Assembly: GCA_030612885.1 (NCBI GenBank)
Contig: JAUWMZ010000003.1
Span: 69,578-133,577 of the forward strand
DNA length: 64,000 bases
Direction: 5' to 3'
Origin: Candidatus Nealsonbacteria bacterium
GTDB lineage: Bacteria > Patescibacteriota > Minisyncoccia > Minisyncoccales > JAGMDC01
Part shown: positions 1 through 7,578 of the stretch, one piece after another
Position numbering within the stretch: the stretch's first letter is position 1
How the letters are laid out: each line of letters opens with the position of its first letter
The notes under the pieces: generated by a model
What the model saw: only the letters and a program-made list of their open reading frames with translations
Database searches by the model: none
Told to the model about the DNA's origin: nothing
Position numbers and translations under genes: made by a program

Positions 1-835
1 CCACTATTAAGCCCTGTTTAATTTCTTTTACTTTTTCTAAGGCAGCGAACATTGCCGCTCCCGAAGACATACCGACAAAAATTCCTTCTTTTTTAACTAA
101 TAATCTAGCCATTTCAAAAGCATCTTTATCTTTAATGTTTATTTTCTCATCTAAATAGTCTTTATTAAAGATGCCTGGTTTATAGGCCTCTTTCATATTT
201 TTTAATCCTTGAATTTTGTGACCCAAAAATGGCTCTATACCTATAATTTGAATTTTGGAATTGTATTTTTTCAATCGTTTTGAGACTCCCATCAAGGTGC
301 CGCTTGTTCCCATACCTGCAATAAAGTGAGTGATTTTGCCGTGAGTATCTTGCCATATTTCTTCGGCCGTACCATAATAATGAGCTTTCCAGTTATCAGG
401 ATTATTAAATTGGTCAGCTAACCAATACTTTTTGTTTTTTCTCGCTATTTCATAAGCTTTTTCAATGGCTCCGTCAGTACCATCTTTAGCCGGGGTGAGT
501 AAGATTTCAGCGCCGAAAGCTTTTAAAATTTTCCTTCTTTCTAAACTTGCTGATTCTGGCATTGTTAAAAACAGTTTATATTTTTTTACCGCGCAAACTA
601 AAGCCAAACCAATTCCTGTATTTCCGCTTGTTCCCTCTAAAATAATCTTATTTTTGTTTAATTCTCCTCTCTTTTCTGCCCCTTCAATCATAGAGAGGGC
701 TACTCTGTCTTTGACTGAACCTCCTGGATTAAAAGACTCAAGTTTAGCAAAAATCCTTACTTTTTTATTAGGATTTAATTCTTTTATTTCCACCAAAGGA
801 GTATTACCAATTAAATTCAAAATATTGGAAGACAT
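1..835 (-). CDS. cysK: Cysteine synthase (PLP-dependent CysK/CysM family); the 3' end runs off the window
   Basis: Not in the ORF track because it is open at the window edge. Reverse-strand translation from the ATG at 835 gives MSSNILNLIGNTPLVEIKELNPNKKVRIFAKLESFNPGGSVKDRVALSMIEGAEKRGEL...LEGTSGNTGIGLALVCAVKKYKL... These are the GNTPL, NPxGSxKDR (PLP lysine) and SGNTG motifs. The listed + ORF 465..854 is its antisense shadow. Confidence 0.85.
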   Translation of the reverse strand, partial: MSSNILNLIGNTPLVEIKELNPNKKVRIFAKLESFNPGGSVKDRVALSMIEGAEKRGELNKNKIILEGTSGNTGIGLALVCAVKKYKLFLTMPESASLERRKILKAFGAEILLTPAKDGTDGAIEKAYEIARKNKKYWLADQFNNPDNWKAHYYGTAEEIWQDTHGKITHFIAGMGTSGTLMGVSKRLKKYNSKIQIIGIEPFLGHKIQGLKNMKEAYKPGIFNKDYLDEKINIKDKDAFEMARLLVKKEGIFVGMSSGAAMFAALEKVKEIKQGLIV

Positions 836-853
836 ACTTTTTTTTACTACTTG

Positions 854-925
854 AGGCCTGGGCGGGAATTGCACCCACGTGTAACTGTTTTGCAGACAGT
901 TGCCTTTCTACTTGGCTACCAGGCC
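854..925 (-). tRNA. tRNA-Cys (anticodon GCA)
   Basis: Reverse complement is GGCCTGG TA GCC..GGC ACTGT CTGCAAA ACAGT ... GTGGG TGCAATT CCCGC CCAGGCC T. It has a 7-bp acceptor stem and a 5-bp anticodon stem with loop CU-GCA-AA. The T-loop reads UGCAAUU, so position 55 is G rather than U. Confidence 0.75.
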
Positions 926-931
926 ATTTTT

Positions 932-1018
932 ATCCCGCACCTTTTGGAACATACCCGACGACTTACAAAGAAATAATCATTGGAAGGAGTTTAATACCCC
1001 TCCCAAAAGGTGCGGGAT
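932..1018. repeat. Palindromic element with 16-bp perfect terminal inverted repeats ATCCCGCACCTTTTGG / CCAAAAGGTGCGGGAT (family PE-2, copy 1)
   Basis: Arms lie at 932-947 and 1003-1018 with a 55-nt spacer. Related copies are at 44413-44480, 45528-45559 and 46401-46469. Confidence 0.8.
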
Positions 1019-1219
1019 TTATAAAAAAATCTCTTTTTGGAAAGAGATTGATTTGACTATTTATATTTATTTTATTCAAAGTTAAACCAGTCCCTTTCTT
1101 AAAGAGATTAAACAACAACAGCAACAAGTTTTTTCATTTTGATAAATCATGTTATATTCTTATAATATCAAACCATCAAACCTTGTCAAGCTCTGATAAC
1201 TTTGATAGTATGAAAGAAC

Positions 1220-1834
1220 ATGAAAAAGACAGATATATTGGCCTCAATTATTATTGCTGAGCTTGATGCTTGGTTAATTATTTTAATTATTAAGAATTTA
1301 GAGAAAGATATCGCTTTTCCGCCTTTAATTTCTCTGTTAATAAAATTCTCGCCTTTAATTCTGCCTGTTTTAGCTGTTTTGGGCCTTTTTGTCGCTTCCT
1401 GGCTAAGAAAGAAGGTTTTATCTCTTTTCCAGCTTTATAAGTTTGTTTTAGCCGGTTCATTGAACACTTTTATTGATATAGGGATTTTAAGCTTGTTAAT
1501 GTATGTTTTTGGAATTTATGCTGGTTTGGGATTTTCTCTTTTCAAAGCCGTTTCATTTATAACAGCAACTACTAATAGTTATCTTTGGAATAAGTTTTGG
1601 ACTTTTAGAAAACCAAAAACAGTTAAGCCAGAAAAAGAATTTTTCCAGTTTTTTATTATAAGTGTTTTTGGTTTTGCAATAAACTTAGGAACGGCTTCTG
1701 TGATAGTTAATGCTATCGGACCCCAATTTAGCTTTTCTCTAGCGGCCTGGGGAATTATTGGAGGAATTGCTGCTTCCTTTGTCGGACTAACCTGGAATTT
1801 TCTCGGCTATAAATTTATCGTTTTTAAAAAATAA
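1220..1834 (+). CDS. GtrA-like family membrane protein
   Basis: 204-aa ORF with multiple TM segments. NSYLWNKFWTFR and NFLGYKFIVF are typical GtrA-family signatures. Confidence 0.7.
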   Translation: MKKTDILASIIIAELDAWLIILIIKNLEKDIAFPPLISLLIKFSPLILPVLAVLGLFVASWLRKKVLSLFQLYKFVLAGSLNTFIDIGILSLLMYVFGIYAGLGFSLFKAVSFITATTNSYLWNKFWTFRKPKTVKPEKEFFQFFIISVFGFAINLGTASVIVNAIGPQFSFSLAAWGIIGGIAASFVGLTWNFLGYKFIVFKK

Positions 1835-1835
1835 A

Positions 1836-2954
1836 ATGAGCTTAGCTTTATATCGAAAATATAGGCCCCAGACCTTTAAAGAAATCGTTGGTCAGGAACA
1901 TATTGTAAAAACCTTAACCAATGCCATTGCTTCAGGAATGATTTCCCATGCTTATTTGTTTTCCGGACCACGCGGCTCTGGAAAAACTTCTATCGCCAGA
2001 ATTTTGGCAAAGGCAGTAAATTGTGAAAATAGAAAAAAAGAAAATTTTGAACCCTGCAATCAATGCTCTTCCTGTTTGGAAATCAAGCAAGGCAAAGCCA
2101 TAGACCTTATTGAGATTGATGCCGCTTCTAATCGAGGAATTGACGAAATGAGAGATTTAAGAGATGGTATCAAGTTCGGGCCGACTAAATCAAAATACAA
2201 AGTATTTATTATTGACGAGGCGCACCAATTAACGCGGGAAGCGGCAAATGCTTTATTAAAAACCTTGGAAGAACCGCCGTCTTACGCTATTTTTATTTTA
2301 GCTACCACAGAAATCCATAAAATGATTCCTACGATTATTTCCCGCTGCCAAAGATTTGATTTTCGCAAGTTAACCATAGAAGAAATTATCAAAAGATTAG
2401 AACTCATTTCTAAAAAAGAAGGCGCCAGGATTGAAAAACCAGCTTTAGAACTAATTGCCTTAAATTCTGAAGGAGCAATCAGGGATGCCGAGAGTTTATT
2501 AGACAGGGTTTTGACTTTTAAATTAGAAACAAAAGAAGAGATAAAAGCAAAAGAAATTAAAAATCTCTTAGGATTAGTAGAAATAAATCAAGTTAGTAAA
2601 TTTGTTGAACTTATCTTACAGAAAAAAGCGGGTGAAGCAGTGGATTTTTTAAACGATATCATTAACAGGGGACAGGATATTCAGGAATTCAGCAGGGCAT
2701 TAGTAAATTATTTAAGGCAGGCATTGATTTTAAAAATAAGCGGAGAAAGAGGAGAGAATAATTCTCTGATTACTGGCTTGACTAAAGAAGAAATCCAGAA
2801 CCTTGAAAAGCAAGCAGGAAAATTTACAGAGCAAGAGCTTCAAAAAATCATAAACCTTTTTTTACAGGCCGAAAACAGAATTAAATACTCATCCATACCC
2901 CAATTGCCCCTGGAATTAGCAATCGTAGAGATAGTCGGAGAAAAACAAAAATAA
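1836..2954 (+). CDS. dnaX: DNA polymerase III subunit gamma/tau (short, gamma-length)
   Basis: Walker A GPRGSGKTS, Walker B IIDEAHQL, Zn module CNQCSSC and sensor ISRCQRF; 372 aa. Confidence 0.95.
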   Translation: MSLALYRKYRPQTFKEIVGQEHIVKTLTNAIASGMISHAYLFSGPRGSGKTSIARILAKAVNCENRKKENFEPCNQCSSCLEIKQGKAIDLIEIDAASNRGIDEMRDLRDGIKFGPTKSKYKVFIIDEAHQLTREAANALLKTLEEPPSYAIFILATTEIHKMIPTIISRCQRFDFRKLTIEEIIKRLELISKKEGARIEKPALELIALNSEGAIRDAESLLDRVLTFKLETKEEIKAKEIKNLLGLVEINQVSKFVELILQKKAGEAVDFLNDIINRGQDIQEFSRALVNYLRQALILKISGERGENNSLITGLTKEEIQNLEKQAGKFTEQELQKIINLFLQAENRIKYSSIPQLPLELAIVEIVGEKQK

Positions 2955-2959
2955 AAGAT

Positions 2960-3033
2960 TGCCGGGTCGTCTAACGGTAGGACAACAGCCCTTGGAGCTG
3001 TCTATTTAGGTCCGAATCCTAACCCGGCAGCCA
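2960..3033 (+). tRNA. tRNA-Gln (anticodon UUG) with encoded CCA
   Basis: TGCCGGG TC GTCT AACGGTA GGAC A ACAGC CCTTGGA GCTGT CTAT TTAGG TCCGAAT CCTAA CCCGGCA G CCA. U1-A72 and G73 fit Gln identity. Positions 33 (C) and 55 (C) are non-canonical, hence the reduced confidence. Confidence 0.65.
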
Positions 3034-3152
3034 CGAAAAGTGGCTTCGCCACCCACGAAAAGGCCCGTGGCCCTCGTGGTTTTACGGGCTCGTGGCAAGC
3101 CGCTTTGAAGTGAGTCCCGAGATGAGCGAAGCGAATTTTTCGGGACTAATCT
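3034..3152. repeat. Cluster of GC-rich mini-hairpins immediately 3' of tRNA-Gln
   Basis: Contains GCCACgaaaaGTGGC, GTGGCttcGCCAC, CCACGaaaaggccCGTGG and GTCCCGA(gatgaGCGAAGCgaatttt)TCGGGAC at 3114-3146. The region is sharply more G+C-rich than its flanks and ends exactly where homology to the NUDIX gene begins. Confidence 0.75.
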
Positions 3153-3355
3153 ACATTGGAGAAACTTATAAATTTAAAGACAATAAAGTAAACAAAACCT
3201 GGATTATTCATCCTGTTTTAGCTGAACTAAAAGAATTACCTGATATAAGGCTAGATTGGGAACATACAGAATATAAATGGATTAAGCCGAAAGAGTTAAA
3301 GAAATTTGATATAGTTACTAATCTTGAAAAAAGTTACGAGAAGGCAATATTATAA
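3153..3355 (+). pseudogene. 3' fragment of a NUDIX hydrolase gene (paralogue of 25465..25965)
   Basis: Encodes ...IGETYKFKDNKVNKTWIIHPVLAELKELPDIRLDWEHTEYKWIKPKELKKFDIVTNLEKSYEKAIL. The full gene has ...IGETYKFIDSQINKTWIIYPVLVGLNRLPEIKLDWEHTEYKWIKPEQLKEFDIVTNLEKSFKKAAL. The two share several perfect 24-32 nt DNA blocks. The Nudix box is missing, and the N-terminus of ORF 3092..3355 is read out of the GC-rich hairpin cluster. Confidence 0.85.
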
Positions 3356-3380
3356 CGGTTGCGATTTTTTGTTTTCGGGC

Positions 3381-3409
3381 TTGACTTATTTTGTTTTTAA
3401 AGTTATTAT
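3381..3409 (+). promoter_or_regulatory. Sigma70-like promoter TTGACT-N17-TATTAT
   Basis: TTGACT at 3381-3386, a 17-nt spacer, TATTAT at 3404-3409. The surrounding 30 nt (gcgattttttgtttt...cttgacttattt) recurs at 21941-21970. Confidence 0.6.
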
Positions 3410-3450
3410 TGAAAATACAGCACAAAACATACAAAAAAAGAGGTGATAAG

Positions 3451-4110
3451 ATGATAAAAGAAATAGGAAAGTTTGTTTTTGGTGGATTGAAGATCGGGAT
3501 AGTAGTGTTTATTGTAATAGGACTGGTAGGTTGGATTATAGGCCTGTTATTAGTGGGGATTAATCTTTTTTTAAGATTTATCCCGAGCTGGCAAAATCAA
3601 GGTTTATTGATAAAAATAACCGTAGTATTTCTGGTTTTAATTACTGCGGGAACGGTTATAAACCTTCTATATCACCACCTAAGTACAAAAACAGATGAAA
3701 GAGAGTCAGTACTGATAGATTGGCTAAAAATTCTGTTTTCTTTCAGGCATATCTCTGAGAATACGAAAAAAGGCATACCCTGTACTGCTGAAATAGGAGG
3801 CGTCTATCTTGTAGGATTTGTTGATGAAGAGTATTTAGACGATCCCGATTTACAGAATGTTCCGGTGTTTGACCCTACTAGTCCAAATATAACTACAGGA
3901 ATTGGCCCGATGGTGCCTAAGGAAAAAATAAAAAAACTTGATATAACCAAAGCGGAGACAATGACTTATGATATGAGCGCAGGGTTTGGGAACACACGTA
4001 AAGTAATAAAAAGCATAAACGACAGCATTGAAGAGTATAAAAGACAGAAGAGTATAAAAGACAAAGAAATGCTTAGAATAAAAAATTCTAAGCTTATTTT
4101 TTTTGATTAA
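3451..4110 (+). CDS. Membrane protein, unknown function
   Basis: ATG at 3451 is preceded by AGGTGA. The TTG start listed at 3391 lies inside the promoter. Two long hydrophobic segments are followed by a soluble C-terminal domain. Confidence 0.55.
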   Translation: MIKEIGKFVFGGLKIGIVVFIVIGLVGWIIGLLLVGINLFLRFIPSWQNQGLLIKITVVFLVLITAGTVINLLYHHLSTKTDERESVLIDWLKILFSFRHISENTKKGIPCTAEIGGVYLVGFVDEEYLDDPDLQNVPVFDPTSPNITTGIGPMVPKEKIKKLDITKAETMTYDMSAGFGNTRKVIKSINDSIEEYKRQKSIKDKEMLRIKNSKLIFFD

Positions 4111-4232
4111 AATTATTAACAATTGACTTGACAGCTATCTCTTTATTTTGATATAGTTAAAATAACTTACTGCAATACAGCCGTCGCTTTTTCTCTGAAT
4201 ACAGCTATTTAAAATGAGAAGGAGTATTTTTA

Positions 4233-4970
4233 TTGGATCATTTTCGTTTACAATATAACTTGAATATGTTTTTTAAAAGAATCCCCAAATTTATCTTAGA
4301 GTGTCTGCCAATTATTTTATTAGCGGGGATATACTTAAATTTTGCTCGGCTGGTTGAATTTTTCAAAAGACCCGATTACGATTGGCTTTTAGCTTCTATT
4401 GATAAGTTTTTATTTCTTGGAGAACAGCCCAGTTTTCTTTTAGAAAAATTTATTTCGCCTTTTTTAACTGAATATATGAATTTCAGTTATGGATTTTATA
4501 TTTTTTTATTCCCTATTATTTTAGGGTTATTTTATTTCCAAAGAAAATATCAGGCGTTTTACTCTTTAAGAAGAGCTTTAATCATAGCCATAATGATCAG
4601 TTTTGCCTTTTATTTAGCAGTTCCTGCAGTTGGCCCATATATTGTTTTTGAGGATTTTTATTCAATTGAATTACAGGGCGGATACATTACTCAAGCCACT
4701 CAGAAATTATTAGATTTGTTTCTTTATAATAGAGGTGAATTTCCCAGCCTGCATGTTGCCCTTAGCGCAATTATTTTATTTTTCAGCTATAAATATTCCC
4801 GCAAGTTATTTATTTTTTATTTACCTTTGATACCCAGTCTTTGGTTTGCCACACTCTATCTTAGGCTTCATTATTTTGTTGATATAATAGCTGGATTTCT
4901 CTTAGCTTTTTTTGCTATCTGGTTAAGTTTAAAAATTCAAAATAGTGATAAAGTTAAAAGAAAAAAATAG
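4233..4970 (+). CDS. PAP2-superfamily (phosphatidic acid phosphatase type 2-like) membrane protein
   Basis: Polytopic membrane ORF with PSLHVA and LRLHYFVDIIAG, which are the C2/C3 PAP2 motifs SxH and RxxxxxHxxxD. Confidence 0.65.
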   Translation: MDHFRLQYNLNMFFKRIPKFILECLPIILLAGIYLNFARLVEFFKRPDYDWLLASIDKFLFLGEQPSFLLEKFISPFLTEYMNFSYGFYIFLFPIILGLFYFQRKYQAFYSLRRALIIAIMISFAFYLAVPAVGPYIVFEDFYSIELQGGYITQATQKLLDLFLYNRGEFPSLHVALSAIILFFSYKYSRKLFIFYLPLIPSLWFATLYLRLHYFVDIIAGFLLAFFAIWLSLKIQNSDKVKRKK

Positions 4971-5031
4971 GGTCAGTTCTATTTTTAAGAAGCAGTGAGT
5001 AATAAAATAAGCATACCTGAAAGGAACTTTT

Positions 5032-6585
5032 TTATTTTAAATAAAGATAATCTCTGTAATTTCCTAAATATTCCTTTAGGTTTTTGTTTTTAATCTCCCA
5101 AATTTTATTGCATGCTTCATTGAGAATATAACGATCATGAGAAACCAAAAGAATTGTGCCCTTATATTCTTTAAGCATATTAGTTACAACTTCTTTGCTT
5201 GGAAGGTCTAAATGATTTGTTGGCTCGTCTAATATAAGAAAATTTGATTTTTGCAGTACCAGTTCAGCCAAAGCCACTTTTGCTCGTTCTCCACCGCTTA
5301 ACTGATCGATTTTTTTAGCGGTTTCATCTTGTGTAAGCAAAAGACAACCCAAAACACTTCTAATTTTTTCTTCATTAGAAATTGTTTTAGACGCAACTTC
5401 TTCCAATATGCTTTTTTGGGGGTCTAATTCCTCGTGCGCTTGCGCGTAATAACCAATTTTCACCCCTTGTCCTATTCTTGCTTCCCTTGTAGTAAGTTGA
5501 TGTTTGTTTATGATAGTTTTTAGCAAAGTTGATTTTCCCGCTCCGTTATCGCCTATAATGCCGATTTTATCTCCCCAGTTTATCTCTATTCTGCCTTCTA
5601 TCTCAAATAAGGGCGATTGCTTGTCGCCAATTATTAAATCATTAATTTCTAAAACTTTTGTGCAAACTTTCTCTATATCATCAAAGGCGATTTTGATATT
5701 ACTGCCTGTTTTCGGATTTTCTAATCGTTCAACTTTTTTTAATTGCTTAATCCTGCCTTGAACTTGCCCGGCTATTGCCGCTTTATATCTGAAACGGTCA
5801 ATAAATTCCTGCTGCTTCTTGAAATGCTTTTGCTGATTTTTGTAATTTTTTTCTTGTATTTCAACGCATTTTTGTTTTTCTTTTATGTATTCAGAATAAT
5901 AGCAATAATATTTTTGCAATCCTTGTTTTGTCAGTTCAAAGGTCTTGTCGCACATTTTGTCCAAAAATAATCTATCGTGAGACACGCATATTATTGTTTT
6001 CTTCCAATTCAATAAAAACTGCTCCAGCCATTCTATTGTCCTTAAATCAAGATGATTTGTTGGTTCGTCTAAAATCAATAAATTTGGCTTAGATACTAAA
6101 ATTTTAGCCAGTGCTAGCTTTGTTCTTTCCCCGCCGCTTAATGTTTTAATTTTCCTTTGTAAAAATTGCTCCGGGAAACCGAAACTCTCTAAAAGATTTT
6201 TTACTAATCCTTCACGACGGCTGCTATTTAATTTTAATCTTTCCATATTGACCGAATATATTTCTTCTAAAAGCGTGCTTTGAAGAGATTTCCAATGAGT
6301 TTCCTGCGGCAGATATCCTATTTTGAGATTTTTGTTTTTGCTGATATATCCTTCGTCTGTTTCTTCTATTCCTATAATTATTTTCAAAAGCGCGCTTTTG
6401 CCTATTCCATTCGCTCCCACAATAGCGATTCTATCATTGGAATTTATTGTTAAATCAACACCTGAAAACAACTCCTCTGCTCCATAGGATTTTGAAATAT
6501 TGCGAGTAACCAATAAAGGGTTTTTAATTTTCTCTGATTGAATCTCGCAAAAAAATCTTGGAATTTTTATCTCATTTTTGTTCAT
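5032..6585 (-). CDS. ABC-F family ATPase (two ABC domains, no TM domain)
   Basis: GANGIGKS / LSGGERTKLALA / LLILDEPTNHLD and GDNGAGKS / LSGGERAKVALA / FLILDEPTNHLD, separated by a charged linker. Confidence 0.9.
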   Translation of the reverse strand: MNKNEIKIPRFFCEIQSEKIKNPLLVTRNISKSYGAEELFSGVDLTINSNDRIAIVGANGIGKSALLKIIIGIEETDEGYISKNKNLKIGYLPQETHWKSLQSTLLEEIYSVNMERLKLNSSRREGLVKNLLESFGFPEQFLQRKIKTLSGGERTKLALAKILVSKPNLLILDEPTNHLDLRTIEWLEQFLLNWKKTIICVSHDRLFLDKMCDKTFELTKQGLQKYYCYYSEYIKEKQKCVEIQEKNYKNQQKHFKKQQEFIDRFRYKAAIAGQVQGRIKQLKKVERLENPKTGSNIKIAFDDIEKVCTKVLEINDLIIGDKQSPLFEIEGRIEINWGDKIGIIGDNGAGKSTLLKTIINKHQLTTREARIGQGVKIGYYAQAHEELDPQKSILEEVASKTISNEEKIRSVLGCLLLTQDETAKKIDQLSGGERAKVALAELVLQKSNFLILDEPTNHLDLPSKEVVTNMLKEYKGTILLVSHDRYILNEACNKIWEIKNKNLKEYLGNYRDYLYLK

Positions 6586-6875
6586 AATTTTTCCGGTTTT
6601 TTTACAATAAAAAAAAACAGGGATTAAATAATTTAACGCGATACAAAAGTCAAAAACATAGTCGTTCTTGACTATTTATAGTTAATTATTTCCCTGCTAA
6701 CACGATCTCATGTATTCTATTGTTTGAACAAACATTTTCGTCACTGTCTACAATATAATACAAACCAAAAATTATGTCAATCGTAATTCTTTTTCTTGCT
6801 TTGAGGACTTTTCTCTCAGGGGCTTGAATTTTTTTCCTTCAAGCCTATACTATAATAAAAGATAAATCTATCCTT

Positions 6876-6916
6876 CCCGAGGCAGCGATATCGCTGCCTT
6901 GGGTTTTTATTTTTTA
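6876..6916 (+). terminator. Strong GC hairpin plus T-run (intrinsic-terminator-like) with no upstream + strand gene
   Basis: CCCGAGGCAGCGAT|ATCGCTGCCTTGGG followed by TTTTTATTTTTT. A possible promoter (TTGAAT 6824-6829, N16, TATACT 6846-6851) lies about 25 nt upstream. Confidence 0.5.
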
Positions 6917-6946
6917 TTGATAAAAACCCAAAAATGAGTTAAATTA
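6916..6946 (+). promoter_or_regulatory. Promoter module ATTGATAAAAACCCAAAAATGAGTTAAATTA (copy 1)
   Basis: TTGATA-N17-TAAATT. A 31-nt perfect duplicate lies at 9513-9543. Confidence 0.65.
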
Positions 6947-6964
6947 GAATAATAAAGAAAAAAT

Positions 6965-7087
6965 ATGACAAAATATTTAACACAGGAAGGTTTGAATAAA
7001 ATAAAAAAAGAGCTGGAGTACCTAGAAAAAGTTAGAAGAAAAGAGGTTTCAGAGGAGATAAAACATACTTCTTCTCAAGGTGATTGA
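6965..7087 (+). pseudogene. greA: N-terminal fragment of transcription elongation factor GreA (40 codons, then stop)
   Basis: MTKYLTQEGLNKIKKELEYLEKVRRKEVSEEIKHTSSQGD* matches the GreA N-terminal coiled coil up to the conserved GD. The usual LSENAEY continuation and the C-terminal domain are absent. Confidence 0.75.
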
Positions 7088-7171
7088 CATTGAATAGATT
7101 GGTGTGTGTTAGACATTGAGTGCTTAATAGGTGTTATCGCAAAAATGGCGGTTTTTTGGTAGAATAAAATA

Positions 7172-7459
7172 ATGAAAATTTACATAGAAAAAAATAAATT
7201 TAATGAAAATTTATATAGCTTTATGAGAGATTGCGGATATATGCCTTTTCATAACAGCTATATAAGGCCTTTGGCTCCAAGCGGTTATCCACGGTTCCAT
7301 ATTTATATAAGCGAAACAGATGAGAAATATATTTTCAATCTGCATCTTGACCAAAAAAAACCAAGTTATGGCAAAGAAAGCGCGCATAGCGGAGAATATG
7401 ACGGACAGGTTGTGGGACAAGAAGCAAGAAGAATACAAAACAACATTGACCAATCTTAA
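7172..7459 (+). CDS. Hypothetical protein (95 aa)
   Basis: ORF starts 6 nt after an extended -10 (TGGTAGAAT, 7158-7165), so it is probably leaderless. No motif recognised. Confidence 0.45.
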   Translation: MKIYIEKNKFNENLYSFMRDCGYMPFHNSYIRPLAPSGYPRFHIYISETDEKYIFNLHLDQKKPSYGKESAHSGEYDGQVVGQEARRIQNNIDQS

Positions 7460-7578
7460 AAATGTTTAAGGCCATGTCTTAAACTATTTAAATTTGACAA
7501 AATTGTACACAACTTGTTGACAACTTTGAATTTTGGGGATACAATAAAGTTGTCAACTAATGTAAAGGTTAAAAAAAT

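Noticed and set aside
465-854. Listed + strand ORF of 129 aa
   Set aside because: It is the antisense shadow of the cysteine synthase gene, whose reverse-strand translation has clear family motifs. The + frame product is low-complexity.
900-1085. Listed + strand ORF of 61 aa
   Set aside because: It overlaps tRNA-Cys and is read through the 16-bp inverted-repeat element. There is no RBS and no coding signal.
3092-3152. N-terminal part of listed ORF 3092..3355 (MASRFEVSPEMSEANFSGL...)
   Set aside because: This part is translated out of the GC-rich hairpin cluster. Only the part from about 3153 is homologous to NUDIX. The whole is treated as a gene fragment, not an intact CDS.
5504-5970. Two + strand ORFs (85 and 75 aa) inside the ABC-F gene
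   Set aside because: They are antisense shadows of a well-supported gene. The same applies to 3850..4122, 7211..7453, 8088..8288, 8305..8532, 10005..10211, 10218..10409, 10800..11024, 13550..13768 and 15226..15435. It also applies to 19133..19336, 22338..22586, 23213..23488, 25187..25381, 26264..26521, 29143..29436, 30377..30592, 32335..32520, 35922..36128 and 36477..36812. The remaining cases are 39836..40225, 40826..41068, 43273..43551, 44919..45119, 45564..46306, 47994..48176, 51315..51572, 52078..52434, 56204..56470, 58669..58911 and 59560..59967.
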